A stretch of DNA of 64,000 nucleotides. Origin: Haplodiscus bocki (taxonomy: Eukaryota). The stretch covers positions 33,790,001 to 33,854,000 of the forward strand of contig OZ296657.1 in assembly GCA_965655095.1 (NCBI GenBank), in the 5' to 3' direction. A program made the translations under genes and the position numbers. Below are positions 48,353 through 62,833 of the stretch, piece after piece. The notes under the pieces were generated by a model. That model had not been told where the DNA came from. It made no database searches and saw only the letters and a list, made by a program, of their open reading frames with translations. How positions within the stretch are numbered: the stretch's first letter is position 1; each line of letters starts with the position of its first letter.

Positions 48353-49612
48353 AGTTATCGCGTTACGCATAACGCTCAAACGTTAATTAATTAAAACATG
48401 ATTGACTAAGGAAAGCTAACTTTTGAGGGGTTGTCGTTTGATATATAAAAGGAATAGAAAAGCTGAAGAAAATAAATGAACCAATGGAGTTGCATAAATA
48501 ATTTTTTACAAGAATTCTAACGCAAGCTTTTTTCCTATTGGCTCCTGCTGCTACAAGCAAAAATCCTTGACTGATACAAGCCTTTTTCCTATTGGTTGCA
48601 TGAAACGGCAGCATGCTGTTATTCTGGAGTCGATGTGGGAAACGGACTTGATCATAACTCGCTTTCCCGGTCAGCAGACGGGACTCTTACTCCTCTTCTG
48701 ACTTGCCTTACCTTTTTACTTTACTCTTCTTCTCCCTTTTACTTGGAAAAGTTATTCTAAGTCCAACTCCCTTTCTCCCTTTTTCCTCTTGGACGAAAAT
48801 TTTCTAAGTCCAATTCCCTTATCTTTCCTCTGGGACAAAAATATTCTAAGTCCAATTTCAATTCCACAAAATTATTCTAAGACAATTCCAAATTCTATCT
48901 TAGCCGCAAATTCACTCTCATTTCACAAAATTATTCTAAGACAATCCTAAATTCTGTCTTAGCCGCTACATCATTTCAATCCTACAAAATATTCTAAGTC
49001 CCAATTCTTCCTTACTTAGAAAAATTCCCCTTTCCCTGCTTATTTTACATACTCTTGCCATCGGAGTATAAACGGTCTCCACTGACGCTAGCTTCGGCAT
49101 TGGCGTGTGCGGGTTCCGTGGATGAACTTAGGTTCTGAAGCTTGAGTGGATCTTAAATACGCACGAACCCTCACGAGGTTCTTAGGCAAAGAGAATTGAC
49201 GTTACTCATAGACCATTCTCAACTCGTCTGCTTCCATGGTCTTTAGAATTTATTCTAAATTGCGAGTTATGGATTAAGAACGCAGAAACCGTCCATCCTT
49301 GATTTCCTTACTTCCATTCCTTGCATTGATTTGATACTTCCTACTCGATTCCTTCGCAAGTCAGGCCAAAAAGAGGAGAGTCCCTGAGTTATCAGGAGAT
49401 CATCCAGCTCCATCAACGGTAACCGTTAGTTAAACAGTTTCCTAGTTCAGACTGAGTAAATCTCTCTGATCAATTTTGACGTTTCATAAATCCCTTCCGC
49501 ATTACGCGCTAGACAAAGCACTCGGTTTGAAAGAAAGGGAGCTAAGAGAACATCATCAGGTTGCCGCTAAAACGCGAGCTTTTACCTGAGTAATAGACAG
49601 AAATTAAACCAA
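48353..49612 (+). repeat. Second (shared) LTR plus leader
   Basis: Copy of 36243-37620 with two fewer 59-bp units. Confidence 0.8.
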
Positions 49613-49631
49613 ATCAAACCCCGCCAATAAA

Positions 49632-50740
49632 TCGCCGCCGGAGATGGTGAAGAAATCCGAAATTTTCTTCATCGCATCAAGAAAACTGTGGAAAAAGGAT
49701 GGCCAGACGATATGGAAGGAATTGCCCCAGCAGACCGTGGCGCTGAAAGAGCAGCTCAAGGACGACAAAGAAGACAGAGATACATCGACTACTCTCTAGA
49801 AGGACTCAGACCGAGATATCTACAACGAAAAGCACAGGAGTATCTAATGGAAAACCCGAATGCTACATGGAATGACTTCTCAACGCGAATAATTCAGAGG
49901 GATGTGTCCTTCCAAGTCTCTTCTAACTTTTTAAACGATGAAGAACAAACCAAAGCTCAGATGGCCACTCTGGGCCAAGAGATGAAGAATCTACTTTCAG
50001 AAATACAAGAACGCCGAGTTAACGCAGTAGAAGGAAGTTCTCGAACAGTAGATCCAAACCAAAAGGGAAGACAGAATGCTACACGATTTTGCAACTATTG
50101 CCGCACAAACGGACATACTCCAAGTTGGTGCCGCAAGAAGATACGGGACGAAGAACTGAAACGAATTGAAAACGAAAGAACTGCCGAGAAGACAGTCACC
50201 TTTACCCAAGACTACAACAAAAAACGAGGACCAGATCATGGATCGCAACAATGGACTAGAGGTCAGGATTTCCAAGGGAGAAATAACAATTATAATAACG
50301 ACGGATTTAGAAGTTCCCCAAATAATTATCAAAATTTCTCTCCAAGACCAAACTCCGCATATGGGAATAACCGCCCAAACAATGGAGGATCACTTGATCA
50401 ACTACCAAATCAATCATTCAATGGAAACGATGGAAATAGATCCCGAAATGGATCCTTCAACAATCAGAATGGAAGCTGGCGGAACAATGGGAACTTTTTC
50501 CGTTCTCCATCAAATCCAAGAAGAGATCTCTCACAAAACAATTCCTATCGCCCACCAGGAAATGAACAACCCAACAACTTTGCGTTTCGCAGATCTGACA
50601 ATCGACCTACAGCACACTTTACACCCTATGAACAGAAATTTCCGCAGAACAATAATCAGACATCATCTAATGTGGTTCGTTTCACCACAACCGATGATAC
50701 CATAAACGAATTATCGGATCTTTGCCCGTTAAACTACTAA
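49632..50740 (+). CDS. gag: gag, second copy (same N-terminal truncation)
   Basis: 350-aa ORF nearly identical to 37696-38748. Confidence 0.85.
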
Positions 50741-50965
50741 GGTCTCCGAACTTGAACACTGACACATCTCGGAATTCAAGACTTAGCCTCAACATCTTCT
50801 ACTTCGCCACCGGAGACACTCAAAAAGATACTGGTTTAGAGATCGAATTCATGTTAGACACAGGAGCTTCTTGCTCAATCATCAATTACCGAACATTTTG
50901 GGAAATTTGCCAATTACAGCACCCAATAACTATACAGAAAAGTACCAAAGTGACAAAGACTTACT
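50722..50965 (+). pseudogene. pol: Truncated pol (protease N-terminal half), second copy
   Basis: LDTGAS present; homology to copy 1 stops after gacttact (50965). Confidence 0.9.
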
Positions 50966-53059
50966 TCTGCTACTATCGCTAATGCGTGATTCATTTTCCA
51001 TTAGCGCAGTTGTTTCTTTTCCCATTTGATTATATTTGCTTCCCCGGATGACTGAATAATTGATTATTTCACTTTCAATTTTCCCTCCATCGCTCATAAA
51101 GTCCTTGCTTTGAACTTACGCAATTTTTGTTCGCGAGGCCTGCAAGGCACCTGAAAGTAGATCAATAAAAGCCCCTGAGACTTATTTCCATTAAACAAAA
51201 CAACTGCTGCGGCGCCACCGCTGTATTGATCTAGCTAACAAAAGGAACGCTAATCACCTGCAGCACTAATCGAGAGAGAAAATTAGAACTAGAAAAAGAA
51301 TTAAATTCAAGCATTAGTTCTACTCTCCGCATGCCCGTAGTAATATAGCGTTCCCCCTTACCCCCTCGCGACATTACTTTCATTGCCAATATATTCTGCT
51401 AGAAAAGAAATTCTTTTTGAAAAAATATTTACCCAGTAAGTTTTAAAGGACGTCTGAACTGTGCTTCTGTAACGAAAAAAAACAAGTAAAGATTAGTGAG
51501 TTCTGAAAATTTCAAGACCTGCTACTGGGACAGCGACTTTCAGAGCTCTTGTCAAGAAAGAAAGACTTTGTAACTTTGTCCGAGTTTTCGCAACACTATA
51601 TCACTGCAGGCAATACCTTTCGGAAACGGCCTTTCACTACTTCTCTCCTATCTGATTCGAGGCAAAAAGTGAACCTAGATGTTTAATATTTTGATCTATT
51701 TATTATGATCCTCAGTCATACTTTTGCCAGAAGTTTCGAACTTCACACTTCAAGGCAGTGTTTTTGTTTTCCATGAGTATTTTGAGTCAGATTCACGCTC
51801 ACTAGAATCTAGAATACGTTATCACAATCTAACAAAATTCGCGCAATCTTTTCCGTATTTTGGCATAAGATCCAGTTTATGGCTTGCATGGAATCGTCAT
51901 ATAATATGTTTTTTCAATGAATTGCATGTTACTATACCCTTCTATGGAACTTCAGCAATGAACTGTCCAATTTAAAAAATTAACTGATAAATATTAGCTA
52001 TAATCCCAACAAGTCTTTACCTCCTTACTGAATAGCTTTCTGGAAAAATTATCCATACTTTCTGGACTGGCAGCTCTTTATTCATTGGGTCAACAAGATT
52101 TGTGTGAAACTGAGAGTTCACTTAAATGGCTTGTTGGCAGACAGCTGGTTTTTGAGGTGAACATTCTCTCACTTCTTGAAAATTTTCTCACTCAGAAGAC
52201 TTGGTCGACTTTTAAGGAAGGTTTTACGAAACGCATTGCAAATAGTAGACGAGCCCATTTCAACTCATTCAGAACCACACTTCAAAGGTTCTCGGGAAGT
52301 TGTTTTGCACATTTTTCGGCATTTTTAAAGTTTTGAAATGTAGCATTTAATTAGAAGAAGAAGAAGAAAAAGAAAAAGAGTTTATTTCTCTATCAGTAAA
52401 AATACAGTACAACAATTTATCACGGAAACAAAGTTATAGAGTAAACAACAAATGGACCACACGGGACTTTTTTTACTGTGGCCCACAAGACCAAATATTC
52501 ATCAATTCAACGAAACCTCAGTCAAGCCAAGTCAAAACATGATAATAACGAGATAACACATCCCAAAAAAATATAACACAGAAATGGTCAATTTTTTTTC
52601 AGTATTTCAGTTTTTCAGAACCTTTTTGCAAATTGATAGCAAAAAAACCCAAACAGAGACCTTGGCCAACATTAATTGCATTTTGAAATCAGCACGGATT
52701 TTCAGCTGAACCGATTTCTGTCAGAGATAAATCCGAAAAACTCACTTAGCAAATAGGAAAGCGAAAAAAATCGGAACATTTTTGCCCATACCCTACACTT
52801 GCTTCATTTTCTCCCGGGCCCTGCCAACCAAAACCTCTTCCCTCTAGTAACACCGCCTTGTACCGATAGACCTCTGATAGTTCCATCCACTGGACATGGA
52901 CCGTCTAACTTAGCTCAAACAGAGTGGGGATTGGTTGGCAGAACCACTACGAGAATACGAGGTGAAGCATAAACTCAAAGAATATGAAAAAAAAAGATGA
53001 AAGTTCATCGACAGTTTTTAACAGACAAAGATGTAGTTGACCAGACCACTGTTCCCTAG

Positions 53060-55830
53060 AATAAAAATGTTTTCTATTCGACGCATAAATCATTGAATTC
53101 ATTTGAATTCAAGTTTATTTCACCGGCTTTGATTCTTTTGCTAACCAAAAAGTAAAGTGAACAATTTCGCAGCCCTATACATCAGTGAGTATTTGTGAGG
53201 CCTATAGGAGGCTATTGGTACCACAAGATGAGGAGCGTTCGAATGTCTCACTTTTCTTCTAGTGCAAGCATATTAAAACAAATTTTTAAGATAAGGTTCT
53301 GCATGCATGCTGGAGAGAACCTATACCGAATTTTAACAGCTCAATAATGAAAAGCTCAAGAACCCATAGTATTTGAATTTTCACAAACAATGCGCTAATG
53401 TTTTCGCTAGATTTCTGAAAAACTAAGGCCCCACTATTTTCGTTGAATTATCAAAACTTCCGATAAACCATTTGGAGAGCAACAGTCAAAAATTAAAAGT
53501 TCGTATTAGAGGAGCGCCGTAATGTTCAACTTGTAATAGCCAACGAGCGCGTGTTTAGGCACATAGTGTCTCATACTCGCAACAATGCCGCACTGGCGTC
53601 TTAACTTCAAACGAAACTCGCTAAAAAAAGAATGAAACCATAATTTTGAATCTGAAATCACTCCCAAGTTTTTGCTTGACTTTTGCGGAAGAAGCACAGT
53701 GTTATCCTTTTATAGGAAGAACTGGCAGCCGTTTTTTTTCGGTGTGTCCATGTATCGGGTTTTGTCCACATTATGAATCAGTTTATCCGTTGGAAAGCAT
53801 TTTCGTAGTGGAGCTACGTCTTTTGCTAGTTCTGAATCTGATCACTGAAGTCCAAGAGTTGAAGGATCGTATGCAAAAGGGAAGGTTTCTGAAAACAAGC
53901 ATACGTTGAGTAGATCCTTGATCAAAATGAGAAAAACAAGTGGACCAGGTTTTGAACCATATTGCTCTCCACAACTTTTTTTCCTTTTTTCTGACAGGAC
54001 TCCGTTGAGGTCTACTTACTAGCAGCGACAGGAAAGATAGCTTTTAAACTGTTTCTTAGACAAGCCGGATAATCCCTATGCTTCCATTTTCTTCAGTAGG
54101 ATACTGTGGTTCAATGTATCTAAAGTCTCCTGCAGATCTAGCAAAAGTGTGCTAACCTCTGATCCCTTTTTCCTCCTACGCAATTTTTTTAATTTGATCG
54201 CATCAATGGTTTTGCGATTTTTCCGGAAGCCAAATCGCTTGCACTAGAATAAATTGTTCAATTCGGTGAAATTGTTCACTCTGATGTAAACTTCCGTCTC
54301 AACAATTTTACCGATGGCTAGGAGTGAAGAAATTAGCCTATAAAGAGTTAACTTCTCGTTCGATCCTTTTTTATAGAATAGAATGACGTTCGCCACAGCT
54401 AGTTGACCAGGAAAGACTCCTGTAGGGAATGATTATTATATCAATTTGACCAATGTTCCGCTAATAGCATGAGCTATAGACTTCAGAATTACAGTACAGC
54501 GTTTGATGAATGCTTATTTGCAAAATTCGTTAGAATTTTTGAAAGTTCGTCGTCGTTTGTTGAATAAAGTCATATGCAGAAGTCAAGAATAACTTGACGC
54601 ATTAGAGGCTCTTTCATTTCGGGTAGAAAGGACACTAAATTTTTTTCCATTTTCAATGAAGTAATCGTTGAAGGCAGTGGCTATCTCTGTCTTGTTCACT
54701 ATTCTATCTCCTTTCCTATACTGTGCTGATGTTTTCCGAAGTTTTCCGAACTCCTCTTATGATTTCGGGAAACCTATAATTTTGTTTAGAATCACCAGCA
54801 AAACTTTCACATATACCAACTGAATTATTCAAACTAGCTGAACCTGACTCCGCTATGCACACTTTCACGCAATTCTTCAAACTTACAAAAAATGTCTATT
54901 CTTACCGGTTCTTAGCCCATCTCTGTGGGCTCGATTTCGATTGCTAATGAACTTTTCAAGTCCTTTAGTAAACCAAACGGATTTCGCCATTTAATGATCA
55001 CGGGATTCCTGCATTAGAGCAAATTTATCCGAAGTTTCATTCAAACTTTGAATAAAATGTCGCATTTATGGTATAGAAATTATAGGCAGACTAAAGGCCA
55101 ATCGACTTAAATTATCCATAAGAACGAAATTCAACCTTTCAATTTTCTGGGTTTTTCAAAAATGCTGCTTTCTATAGAATACACGTTCACTTATTGCTAC
55201 TGATTTTGACGGCATGATATTGACAAAAGATAATGATCCAAAAGGCGTTGCACTGAAGACATAATTTTCAAAATTCCTTTTAATCATGTGATCGAGACAT
55301 GTTTTTGACTTATGTGTTGCACGTGTTGCATCCTTATTCAAAATCATCGATCCATTACCTTGTATTGTATCTAAACACTTCCGCGTTAGGTTATTGGACT
55401 TTAGAGTATCAATGTTCAAATCATCAAAAACTATCATAGGACGTATGCCGGAACGTAGACTCTTTGAAAACAATTTGAAATGTTCAACCAAAACCATTTT
55501 GACTTTTCTTGGTGTGGTGCAAAGGACAATCACGATAAACACCACTAGCTAAATTGTGGCACTAAACTATCATCAAATGGACGCTGAAGTTTTCTAATTG
55601 AATTAAATTCCCCGCAAAAGTGGAGCCTACCACCATCGCCCTTTTTTTCTGGAGTTAACTGAGCATCTGTTATACGTGTTTATGAAATAGCACCATGGTT
55701 CATCGTCAACACGGAGCCGGGTTTGTGTTGAATCTATAACATGTGCTGGTGACTCAACATTACTGATGAATGCTTCTATTTCTTCGTAATGTTTGCTTCG
55801 GGAACGGGAATTAATATGCAAGTTATCAAA
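53060..55830 (-). pseudogene. LINE ORF2 (APE endonuclease + RT)
   Basis: LHINSRS, DDLNID, TRATHKSKTCLDHM (APE). LLDLQETLDTLNHSILLKKME, QGST and KNLGVISDSKLWF (RT). Confidence 0.8.
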
Positions 55831-55949
55831 GTTAGATACTTCAGTGATACAACTCGTTTCAACGTTTTTACTGACCGACTTCGTTCCCCCTGATCCTTGA
55901 TTGCTCGAGAAACATCCCTGTATATCAAAAACAGACTGCCCCAACATAA

Positions 55950-56797
55950 AACTTCCATCGTACAATCCTCTGACGCTGTGCAGTTTCGTTTCGTTGTTCT
56001 TCTTGAAAAAGATAGTACCGTCTCTTGTCCACATGTGGTCCCTTTCGTCGTCTGATTTCAAACATATAAAAATCGAAGACTCCGTAAAGTTAGGTCTTCA
56101 AAAATTTTGATAGGTTTCACATCTCGCAGTGTTCCAAGGTGTTTTTTCTTCTGCAGCATCTCTATTTGAGCTATACGTCTAAAAAACTTGACAATGATTG
56201 TGCGCTCCTTGCTTTGGTTCCAGCTTGGCACACGATGGGCAATTGGAATGTCCTATAAAGCGACACTGGTGTCCACTTTTTCGACTAGTTGAAGGACTTT
56301 CTGCATTGACTGCGAATAGCTTTCGCTAACTTTGCTGTGGCTGCTTTGGTCTTCCTTGACACCCGCAATTCTGATAATATCCCGCCTATTGCAGGATTCA
56401 ATCAGCTCAGATTCAGACATTGTTTCCAATTTACATCTTTTTTCAGCACTTTCACCTTTTTCACTGATAACTTTCTCAACCTCGGTTGATATCTGTTTAA
56501 TAGCCTCATCAACTGCCTTGTTTTTTTTGCTGTTTTCCACGAGATTGTTTTGATTCTGCCACTCATTTCTGGCATTAATTCAAATATTGCACTACTTTTC
56601 GTCGCTTCCACAAGGGTTTGATTGCGCATCTGGCAAGTTGTTGGGTCACTCATCGGGCTATATCCCTCTCTGAATCGCTTTCTGTCAGGTCTGATAGGCG
56701 TCTTTGAATCATCATCTGTCCGACTCTCTGAAACTTCCTTAATTTCAATTGATTCTAGCGGCTCATCAGCTGATTTCTCTTGTGTTCCATCGGCCAA
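55950..56797 (-). pseudogene. LINE ORF1 (coiled coil + RRM-like + CTD)
   Basis: NRRDIIRIAGVKE, IPIAHRVP, TIIVKFFRR, IFEDLT and WTRDGTIFFK motifs. Confidence 0.8.
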
Positions 56798-58150
56798 CTC
56801 TGAAACTGTTTAATATGTTTATCACAACAATTAGACTCATTGTCACAACAATTGTCAGTTGTCGCATTAGTTCTAGAAGGTAAATAAAAATGAATTCGAG
56901 CATATCTGATGTAGATAAAGTTCTGAGGGCACTAATAATTTTTTGTCACAACAAGCTGAAGTGATGCGGTTTCTGTTTTTCGGCAAAACTTCTTAGGTTG
57001 AGTATGCAATCACTGAGGAAAAGCCGATGATTTTCATGAGTGACTACATATTGAACTACTTGAACAATGAGGAGAAGCAAAATTTCGAAGCAATAACAAA
57101 ATAAAATTTGATCTACATATTGGCAAAAGGAAATTTCCAACAAGAATTTGTGGCAACAACAATTCCCCAATTGATTACATAATTTAGGTTTAACAAATTC
57201 CGATCGATTCCCACCTAGTACATGTGTCCGATTCGCCGCTCAGACGTTCGAAAGGAAAATCAGTCGATCACAATGCAACGTGAACTTTAAAGGAAGTAAC
57301 GCTGCATCAACCACCAAGTTAACTATTAAAAATTTATACGACGACAAATCAAAGTTTCGAGTAGAGGATCTAAAACGATTGGTTTGTAACGGCAATTTGC
57401 ATTATTTTCCAACCAAGATTGTGCTGAAGGAAAGTGAAGTTAACTGTTTTTAGTCGGCTTTTTATTTTAGTCAAATGCCGATATTACAGTGGTTTCTTCT
57501 GTTATTGACATAATTCGGAATATATTGAAGACGTGTGCACCGGAGACGTGTGCATTACATTGAAATTTTATAATGTACAAGGTACGCCAATTGTTCACTG
57601 AGAAGATTAGTTGAAACAGGTTTCAGATAACTCAATTCTTTTCAAAACAATTTTAGCACAAACAAATCACTATATGAACTCTGTAGCATGCAAAAAATGG
57701 TTTTGAGAACGAATATACTCACGTAATTAGAACAAAGTCCGTTTGAAAGGCTCTTTTGGAAAACGCTAAACATCAAGTTTTTTTGTAAAAAGTACAACAA
57801 ACAATGATTCCATTTTAGCTGCATATACATCGAGCAAAGTGCCTATAGATTTTTTTGGCACTCCAAACAGTGGAAAGGACCAATTGATTACGACACTAAT
57901 CAGGGAAATTGAAAGCATGTGTTAGTAACGAGTTTTTGTTTCAATTTTTTTTAGCCAATTTTTACATTTGCGCAATACCAGAAACACCTACGTTATCGTT
58001 GTATTTCTTTTTTAACGCTTCTTTCAACGAGAGATAATTATAGGGACATTAATTTTCTCAGTTAATACCGTGTCGAACTTGATTGATTTGAGATGAAAAT
58101 GAATTTGGCCGCAACTTCTTTGCCTAACTGTCGAGGTCAACATAAATAAA

Positions 58151-61100
58151 AACAAGACGGGAGGGTAGCACCGGCATTTGTTTTGCCCAATTACAAAACT
58201 TTTGCAAACAATTGAAAAACGGGAATACTGTTTTGAATCTAGTTTTCAAAGGTTATCCACAGACATCAATTCCACCACTGGTTTTCACAATTCCTGATTT
58301 TATCGATTTATCAGGGTTCCGAAGAAAAGTACAGAAATCGAGGCATTTTTCTAAACCACCTTCTGAAAACTCTGAAAAAAGCCACTACAAGTCGCATTTT
58401 GCAAAGTTGAGCCGATGAGAGTACGAATGCAGGGAATTAATTTCCGAATAATTTCCGAGTAACCTTATGCACAGATAAAAATTTCCATTAAGACCTTGAT
58501 GGAAGAAGTCCAGTTGGTAGTTTTGGAGACAGAAGAGGTGGTATCTCGAGAAGAATCACAGAATCAAAAGCGTACGCAAATTTTGGAATTCTCAGCCAGT
58601 CAAGTTTCCGCTGAGAAAAATAAAACATAAAGTTTCTCACTTGAAAACTATTCAAAACCTAAAACTTTTACATTCACTTCTTGATGAAAAAATGCAGCTA
58701 GTATCTCTGGAAAAGAATTCTAAAGAAAAACCATCATAAAAACAAAAATTCTGTCAATTTAAGCTATCAATTTTTCACAGAGTTTTTGAAACAATGAACA
58801 TTGAATTAGTTTGTACAAAAACAAAAAATGTGGTTGAGACCTTAGAAGAAATCCTGACAGTTGCTTTTGAGGAAACCGAGTTTGAACATCATGACGAATC
58901 AGACGACTATTCAGATTTTGGCTAGTGTGGCCCATCAGACCTCTGTTGCAAGGAAATAAATGCATTGTTTGGTAATCAAATAATTATCACCATTTGAAAA
59001 AAAATAGATTGGTACCCTGACAGACGATATATAGCCAGTAGCTTTGGAGAACGAAATGTTTGATTCTACTTGAAAAACGGAACTTTTTACACTTTCTGGC
59101 CATTTCGTTCCTTAATGTTTCCAAAGTAACAAACGTTTCTCAAAAGAAATTTGTTGAATAATGCTCAAATATTGCGGACTTGTTAGGAGCTAGATGTGAG
59201 AAATTTAGCCGTTTGTTCTGAAAAGATTCGAATTTGATTATCAACCCAAATCATACGAAAGTGATTTTTTTGCCATATTCTGCCCATCAAGTCTGCTTTC
59301 GAGGAATTAATTGCAACAAATGACATTCTTGTTCGTTTTTACGAGTGTTTCAAAAATTTGCTTGTTACATTGTCAAATGGAATGCAGGTATTGGTTTTCG
59401 AGAGAGGCAGGTTTCTTTTCGGGAACATCAGACCATTTCCCAAATTCGGCTCCATCGTTCCAGTAAGCTTCCGATGCGTGGAGTTTCTACGGCAACATTA
59501 TCATTGAACGATGTTTTGCAGATGAAAGAATTGTTGGTTAAGACCTTGATAGAAGATGTTGAGAAAGGTTTTTGAAAAAAGTCGAGTATGTTGATCGAGA
59601 CGATTCTCACAATTATGCAACTTTGGCAAATTTCACGTGCCAGGTATCCCATCCGACGAGCCGAACGCAATATTGAACAGTCAAACTCCATGTTACCCAA
59701 GAAGTAATGAAACATCAACTGAAAGATTGACTGAAGAAATGTAGCTGATGTCCTTGAGATTTTTGGGTTTAAATATCGAGAAAAATAGTCTCGTTCACTT
59801 CTTGGCTCAGTCATTCCAAAAAAGTTTTGTTGAAAAACTGGCATCGATGATATTGTCAATAAAGGACTTTTTGGGTGGTAGAAAATTGTTTATAGAGACA
59901 ATGACGGAAGTGGTAAAGTTGGTCGTTCTGAAGAAAGCTTAGTTTGATTATCAAGGTTGATTATACGTAAACGGATGTGTTGCTTCATTGAAGAGTTCTA
60001 TTGGAAATGTCAAATGGCAAAACAAGTTCGCATTGAATACCTTTTTAAGTGGCGACAAAATTTATGTGAGATGTTGACCGAGGATAATTGATAGATAGTT
60101 TTGAAAAAAAAACTTTTGAATTTGATTCAGAAAAACACCTGTCTAATGTTTAATTTAGCAGAATCGATACTTTTTCCGGATACCAGATATTTAAAGGGAT
60201 GTACTCCGATAGAAAGAGACCTTCTGCAAGTGAGATTAAAACTGATGGAAGAAGCTCAGTTGGTCGGTTTGGAGGAAAATGACTTTGAATGTCGAGAAAA
60301 TTAACTACCTTATGTTTTTCAAGCCTGGTCTGACTCTAAGGATCAAACAACGTACAACAGGACGTATTGCCAAAAAAATGTTAGTGGATTGCTTTTCCAG
60401 TGTTCGAGGTTTGAGGCCCACACAGGAAAAAAAATAAAGGTACTCAAGGAGTCTTTTCGGGAAAAAACAATTCATATTTTATTAAACGGAATTCCCTTTA
60501 CAGAATGAAGATAAAATTTTCAGATAATTGAAAAGTATCGAAGGTTCCAAATCTTCTTTTCCATTTTGATACAAGTTAAAACACGTTGAGTTGATTCATT
60601 TATGCAGCAAAAGGGAATTTTTTTCAGAAAGCAGAAGAACCCCAAAGTACATCGAGAAGAAAACTGTTTTGTGGTACAAAAACGAATTAAAAGATTTATA
60701 AAAGTTTAAGGAAAGAAGAACCCACCTTGAAATTTTGGTGCGTTTTAAATTAGAGCTACCTATTTGCGATGACACCGCATATGTGGGTTATACAAGATAC
60801 TATTAAAGTTGCAACACGAAGTTTGCGGGACTTTCGAATTTCTGGGAAAAGACTGCACTACTGAACTGACTATTTTCCTTTTGGTGATTTTATGGACCTA
60901 AACTAAACTGAAAACAGCTCAAGGTTAATGGTGCTCATCTGTGCGGCGTGACATCTTCGGTAAACTATTGAAGGGTATCACAGAAATTTGTCAAAAACTT
61001 TTTGTTTCACAGAACCCAAAAATTCGGAAGGTGGCCCTTTTTGTTTATCTGGAAGTTTCTATTGTTTCTGAAAAATTTGGTGATGAAGATTTGTCGGGTG

Positions 61101-61910
61101 CAAGAATTTTGGTGAAACATAGAGTCGGGTATCACAAGAAGCAGTCGAATTTTTTTGTCCCTGAGAAAAATTTCGTGACGGGGCACTTTCGGTGTTTCTA
61201 AAAGTTTCTGGTGTCGATAAATAACGCTTAGTCACCTTTGTCGTCAATTTGTTTTCTCTCACAGTACCAAAAAAAAATCAGAGGGAAACCCTTCTGTATT
61301 TATAAAAAAAAGTTCTGGTATCGAAAATTTTTATGCATGAGAGTGTGTATCACGATTTTCCGTCTAAAAATTTTTGTCTCTTAGAACCGAAGTTTTTCGT
61401 AGAAGGGACCTTTTGGTGTTTGCAATTACCTGCTTGTGTTTTGCATAAATTGCTGGTGCATGCTTTAAAATATTTTGGCGCGAAAGCAATTCGGGAAAAG
61501 AAAGAAAATTCGTTGTTATCTTGAAAACAATGACAATATTAAAAAAAAGTACCTACAAAGTCAGCTTCTTAATTCATAAAGCTCCGACTAGAAATCGGCG
61601 GAAAACATTTGCTTTGGTCAGAGTGGAACCAAAAGAAGGCAAGAAAATTCAAAGTGGTATAAATGAAGTGAAAAAATATAGGTAAATGCTGGGATCCGAA
61701 CAATATATGTACCCTTTCGTCTTAGCCATTGTGCCTTGTGAACCATTGGAAATTGTGACAAATGTCAGCGAAATCGTAAACATATAAAGCAGGACAGAGA
61801 TTCAAGCCCAGACCTACTGCTTGAATAAAAAACTGGCAAAAATACATTGAAAAAACGACCCTACTGAATGAATAATTCTTTACATATTTAAAAATGTGGG
61901 GGAAAATAAT
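58151..61910 (-). mobile_element. Longer, older member of the same Helentron/HINE family, with ~2.6 kb of internal cargo
   Basis: Left end aacaagacgggagggtagcaccggcatttgttttgcccaa matches 7388-7430 (minus-strand end TCTTGTT). ~120-bp repeats at 60990-61420. Right end aaaaacgaccctactgaatgaata matches 8406-8430. Confidence 0.6.
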
Positions 61911-62833
61911 AATTGAAGTATAAAAAAGAATGTTTAAATGCTCCTACCACTGTGGAACGTACATGAGATCGTTTTTTTGGGAAACTGTTTTTGGTTTTGT
62001 GAGACGTAGATTTTTCCGCAAAGCGTTGTCGTTCCGCATCTATCATTACAACTTTTTATCAAAAGCAGATACTTTGAAGCCTTCAAAGGCCTCTTTAGGA
62101 AACATTCGTCTTTGTGACAATTTTAGACTGTCAAAATTAAATTGTCAGAAATGTTTATAAGATATCTGGGTTCCATCAAGCGCTTATTTTTGCTGGAGAC
62201 CTTCTTGCACGATACAGGGCAAGAATTTTGAAAAATGTAAGTAAGTAAGTGTAGTTCAAATATGGACATTACTGGTCATCTGATAAGCATTGGGATCCGA
62301 CAGAACATTATTTTTCAATTTCATTTCCGCTGAAGCTCTGTATATTAGGAGGATTGAATCTCGAAGCGAAAAAGTTGATTTACATAATGCAAAAATTGTA
62401 AATGCAAACCAAAATCAAACTGTTTTGAGAGAGCTTCCCTTGGAGTTGTAGATTGACTTGCAAATACCCTAAATGGAAGAGTGTTACTTCCAACTACGCC
62501 AACAGTTTTGAGAAACTTTCGAAGCGATGTGACGTAGTAATTTTTAAAGTAACTGGCACAACTGTTATATATTTCGCAACAGCAGAAAGGCATTTCAGGA
62601 ACTTAACAATTGGTTTCCCTCAACAATCTCCCTTTTTGAAAATCTCAACCTCCTGTTTCGCAGTTTCCTGGGCGACTTGAAACTTTTTGGATTTCTTCCG
62701 AAAAAAATTCTTTGAAACTTTTCTTGTACTCTCCCCCGCAAACATAAAACTTCCCACGTCATGGACATGCTTTAGGAAGTTCTTTTTGACACTTCTGGAG
62801 AGCACAAAATGACTCTTGACAGTCAAATTTTTT

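Larger units (their letters stand above)
36243..50965 (+). mobile_element. Enveloped Ty3/Gypsy (endogenous retrovirus-like) element in an LTR-internal-LTR-partial internal tandem arrangement
   Basis: gag-PR-RT-RH-IN order, an env-like ORF, a PPT before the second repeat, and 36243-38973 repeated at 48356-50965. Confidence 0.92.
52352..56870 (-). mobile_element. Degenerate CR1/L2-group LINE
   Basis: ORF1 and APE-RT remnants. The 3' end has AATAAA (plus-strand tttatt at 52381) followed by a (TTC)n microsatellite tail (52352-52378). Confidence 0.85.
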
